DNA of 47,085 nucleotides from IMG/VR virus record IMGVR_UViG_3300043633_000046, positions 1 to 47,085 of that record; one strand, written 5' to 3'. Shown here piece by piece: positions 44,448-47,085 of this stretch. The translations under genes and the position numbers were made by a program. Numbering within the stretch: position 1 is the stretch's first letter; each line of letters begins with the position of its first letter. Source of the DNA: a virus (Duplodnaviria; Caudoviricetes). The notes under the pieces are model-generated. The model saw only the letters and a list, made by a program, of their open reading frames with translations. It made no database searches and had not been told where the DNA came from.

Positions 44448-44460
44448 AGGAGTAGAGCAG

Positions 44461-44940
44461 ATGGGCGTAACGCGCACGTCGGGTCCTGCATACGGGGCCA
44501 AATGTAATCTTGTGAGTTTTGGGCCGATTGCGGCGGCGAATGGATCCACGGCGGCGGTCGCTGTGGCACTCGTGCCGCCGTACGAGACATGGTACATCAC
44601 GGAAATCGGCTTCGCGAACACCCAGGTGTCTTCGAATAGCTCGACACCGAAAGTGTTGGTGAAGGTCAAAGGGACGAGTACCAGCGCGTCCTATCCCGGC
44701 CCTGGTCCCGATCCGAACTTCCCGACCGGCAACGCAGGGACGGCGGTGTCGCTGGTTGGTGGCACCTCCACCGCGGCGTTCAATCTGGTCGGCACCGCCA
44801 CGGCGACTCCGGGTGAATACGAAGGCTATGCGGCCCCAGCGAACTCCACGATCCGGATCGTGAGCTCCGGGACCATTGGCGCCTTGTTCGTCGCGGTTCA
44901 CGGGTTCAAACGGTTCCTCGATAGCACGCGAGCGTCCTAA
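44461..44940 (+). CDS. Minor capsid/decoration protein
   Basis: AGGAG RBS; MG.TR.SGP N-terminus typical after capsid gene; Ser/Thr-rich. Confidence 0.6.
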   Translation: MGVTRTSGPAYGAKCNLVSFGPIAAANGSTAAVAVALVPPYETWYITEIGFANTQVSSNSSTPKVLVKVKGTSTSASYPGPGPDPNFPTGNAGTAVSLVGGTSTAAFNLVGTATATPGEYEGYAAPANSTIRIVSSGTIGALFVAVHGFKRFLDSTRAS

Positions 44941-45317
44941 TGGCATGGCATGACTGGGGAAATACCCCGATCAACTCCACCGGCTTCGTGCCTGTGGGGG
45001 CAGGGTCCACGACCACCCTGTATGCCGAACTGGACTCGACCATGCTCGGGACGGTGAACTTCAAACCGGACCAAAAGATGTTGGTGCAGGTCACCTACAT
45101 CCTTGGGGCGGATACCAATGTGACGTGGCAGGTTGGCACCTGTAACTCGACGGCGCTGGCGAACGGCGTCGATGAGTTCTTCCCGAAAACACCAACCGGC
45201 CAGAGCGCCCAGTATGTGACGCAGCACTGGCTGTTCAAGGACTACCGCATTCGAGCGCGGCAGTTCTCAACTGGGGCGAATGGAGCGGCGTACATCTCTG
45301 CGGTGCCGTTGACCTAA
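44940..45317 (+). CDS. Small virion structural protein
   Basis: TAATG coupling; beta-rich; five ST motifs. Confidence 0.55.
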   Translation: MAWHDWGNTPINSTGFVPVGAGSTTTLYAELDSTMLGTVNFKPDQKMLVQVTYILGADTNVTWQVGTCNSTALANGVDEFFPKTPTGQSAQYVTQHWLFKDYRIRARQFSTGANGAAYISAVPLT

Positions 45318-45826
45318 TGCCGCTCGTCGGCGAGTTCCATCAGAAGTATTGGAACCTGTCGGATACCAACCTGCCGCCCGTGCATATCGGGAAAGGTGGG
45401 TATCCGGTCTGGCAAGCCAGCGTGATTACCCCATCACTGCTCGGGATGATCGGGGCGTGGATCGATTCGAAGATTGCGCTGTATCGCTGGTGGAAGCCGC
45501 TCCTGAGACGGATCGCGGCATTAGATCGAGAGCAGCGGGCGGTATGGCTGCTGACGCTGGATGCGCTCGAGCAGCCCGCCTATCGCGCCGCACAGACGGC
45601 GGTGCGACAGACCGCGACGACGTTGGGATTCAATCGGCCTGAAGCGTGGACCGAGCTCTCACGGGAAGTTAAGAGTTCACCGGCTAAGGCAGAGAACAAC
45701 TACCGGCATCTGTTGGCCGTGCGGAAGGTGGACACGATGCTACGGGAACAGGGGAGCACGCTGACCAACCCCGAACTCAACCTCACGACTGAACTCGCCT
45801 ATCACGGCTTCGCGAGGGTGCGCTAA
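45317..45826 (+). CDS. Hypothetical protein
   Basis: TAATG coupling in late operon. Confidence 0.5.
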   Translation: MPLVGEFHQKYWNLSDTNLPPVHIGKGGYPVWQASVITPSLLGMIGAWIDSKIALYRWWKPLLRRIAALDREQRAVWLLTLDALEQPAYRAAQTAVRQTATTLGFNRPEAWTELSREVKSSPAKAENNYRHLLAVRKVDTMLREQGSTLTNPELNLTTELAYHGFARVR

Positions 45827-45859
45827 GTGGCGAGTTTTAACCATATCAGTGGAGCCGAG
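45827..45859 (+). pseudogene. Displaced 5' end (MASFNHISGAE) of the fibre gene; frame stays open antisense to the HNH up to 46390
   Basis: Matches MGTFGHISGAE at 46390; preceded by GAGGG RBS. Confidence 0.6.
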
Positions 45860-46357
45860 TTATCGCTGTTGAAGTTTCGCGATCAGGCTTCCGATTTCCT
45901 CCTGAAGATTCAGAAGCGCATCCAGAGAGTACTCGTGGATGCGCCATCCAACTTTAAAGTGCAGCAGTTTGTGCTCTTGGTTTGTGAGAATCATCAAATT
46001 CTCTGGGCGGTTATCAAGACGGCGACCATTGATGTGATGAACATGTTCGTCAGGCGTCAGCGAGCGACCGATAACGCGCGCCATTACCGAGCGATGTTCC
46101 GGGATCCGCTTGCCGTTAACCGTGTGGACGCGATAACCCTTCCTGATAGTTCCTTTCTTATTCGGCCGTCGCAGATCTTCAGGATCGAACAACTTAGTTG
46201 GGCAGTTCTTAACGCGCAGGGCGTGTTTCACGCAGAACGCCCACAACTTGTCATGGTAGCGAGTTCGTTGCTTCGGTATGTCCTGACATCCCGGCACATC
46301 GCAGAACTTAGGCAGTGGCGTTCCATACGGAAGCCGTGGGCCACTCTGTCTCGGCAT
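45860..46357 (-). CDS. HNH homing endonuclease (HNH_3-like)
   Basis: GYR, EHR.VM...GR.L..DEHVHHINGRRLDNRPENL..H..LH; extended -10 TGtTAAAAT 7 nt upstream of ATG. Confidence 0.85.
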   Translation of the reverse strand: MPRQSGPRLPYGTPLPKFCDVPGCQDIPKQRTRYHDKLWAFCVKHALRVKNCPTKLFDPEDLRRPNKKGTIRKGYRVHTVNGKRIPEHRSVMARVIGRSLTPDEHVHHINGRRLDNRPENLMILTNQEHKLLHFKVGWRIHEYSLDALLNLQEEIGSLIAKLQQR

Positions 46358-46389
46358 GGTGTCTATTTTAACATGATCGAGGCTGGTTA

Positions 46390-47085
46390 ATGGGCACTTT
46401 TGGGCATATATCTGGAGCGGAACCTTCAACCATCACCTTTAAGGTCGCGACGATCACGCAGACGCGGAACAGCTCCGCAATGCATCAGGAAGTCGTGTCA
46501 CTCGGTGATCCAGAGTCCTCGCTCGGGATTGCGGCGATTCTTGGGGCGGCACCAGCCTCCACGACCTTCGGCCTTGTCGTGCGTCGGGTGGGTGATTCCA
46601 CCTCGATCATTAAAGGCGATTCCACGGTCTTTCAGGGTGGGACGTGGACGATCCGCGCCAACCTCTCCAGCACGTCTGGAGATAACCCTGTCGCGATCTC
46701 CGGCAATTCGACGGTCGCTCCGCTCGCCGGTTCGCTCTGGACGATTCAGGGTAATTCCACTGTTGCACCGTTAGCGGGTTCGACATGGAATACGCGACCA
46801 CTTCAGTCGTCAGCCGCCGATCTCCAGATGACGGCGACACCGGCTGCGGGTTCGACGTGGAACGTCCGGGCCTTGCAGTCGTCTGCGGCAGACCTGAATG
46901 CGTCTGTGCAGCCGATTGCGGGCTCCACATGGCGTACACAGCCAGGGTCAACGCTCTGGGCGTCGTCGGCTGGGTTCCATTTCGACAGTTCGGGCGGACT
47001 CCTCATTGGCGGCTCGATTACCGCGAGTGGTTCGACCGGACCGCTGACGATCAGCCAGTTGCTCGATTCGTCTGGTGGATCGGTG
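46390..47085 (+). CDS. N-terminal part of Ser/Thr-rich repetitive virion fibre-like protein (continues to 751)
   Basis: Manual translation, no stop; GNSTVAPLAGSxW x2, LQSSAADL x2, AGSTW x3. Confidence 0.75.
   Translation, partial: MGTFGHISGAEPSTITFKVATITQTRNSSAMHQEVVSLGDPESSLGIAAILGAAPASTTFGLVVRRVGDSTSIIKGDSTVFQGGTWTIRANLSSTSGDNPVAISGNSTVAPLAGSLWTIQGNSTVAPLAGSTWNTRPLQSSAADLQMTATPAAGSTWNVRALQSSAADLNASVQPIAGSTWRTQPGSTLWASSAGFHFDSSGGLLIGGSITASGSTGPLTISQLLDSSGGSV
46959..47085. repeat. Terminal direct repeat (copy 2)
   Basis: Identical to 1-127. Confidence 0.95.

Noticed and set aside
44358-44461. Capsid stop read-through fusing to the next gene
   Set aside because: Read-through meets TGA after 27 codons and 44461 is in another frame; no clear slippery site.
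45827-46390. Group I intron or intein around the HNH
   Set aside because: HNH is antisense, there is no room for a ribozyme core, no intein motifs are present, and the gene start is duplicated instead.
46959-47085. 127-bp repeat as a biological terminal repeat
   Set aside because: Length matches a common assembler k-mer and it falls mid-gene; best read as circularisation overlap.

Overview
The window is a complete, circular ~46,958-bp temperate podovirus-like phage genome; bases 1-127 repeat exactly at 46959-47085 (assembly overlap). It has a tyrosine integrase with an attP carrying the 3' half of tRNA-Gly(CCC), a cI/cro/xis switch and an early region with no recognisable replication initiator. 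Late genes include TerS/TerL, portal, a phage GroES, scaffold, capsid and decoration proteins, short-tail and ejection proteins, an atypical lysis region and four HNH-type genes. The main finding is a nonulosonic-acid (sialic-acid/KDN-like) synthesis and transfer pathway inside the head operon. It comprises a NANS-like NeuB, NeuA, a cupin, a cytidylyltransferase, two methyltransferases and two GT-like proteins. A CstII/Maf-like transferase sits among the tail genes, and the outer virion proteins are rich in S-[S/T] dipeptides. Together these suggest a phage-encoded virion 'sialylation' system (inference). Other notable items are a 26-aa peptide mimicking the capsid N-terminus, several structured intergenic RNAs (one where a replication gene is expected), an HNH insertion with a recoded duplicate gene start, and a poly-Cys DNA methyltransferase. 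All calls come from reading motifs and synteny by eye; no database searches or folding programs were run.
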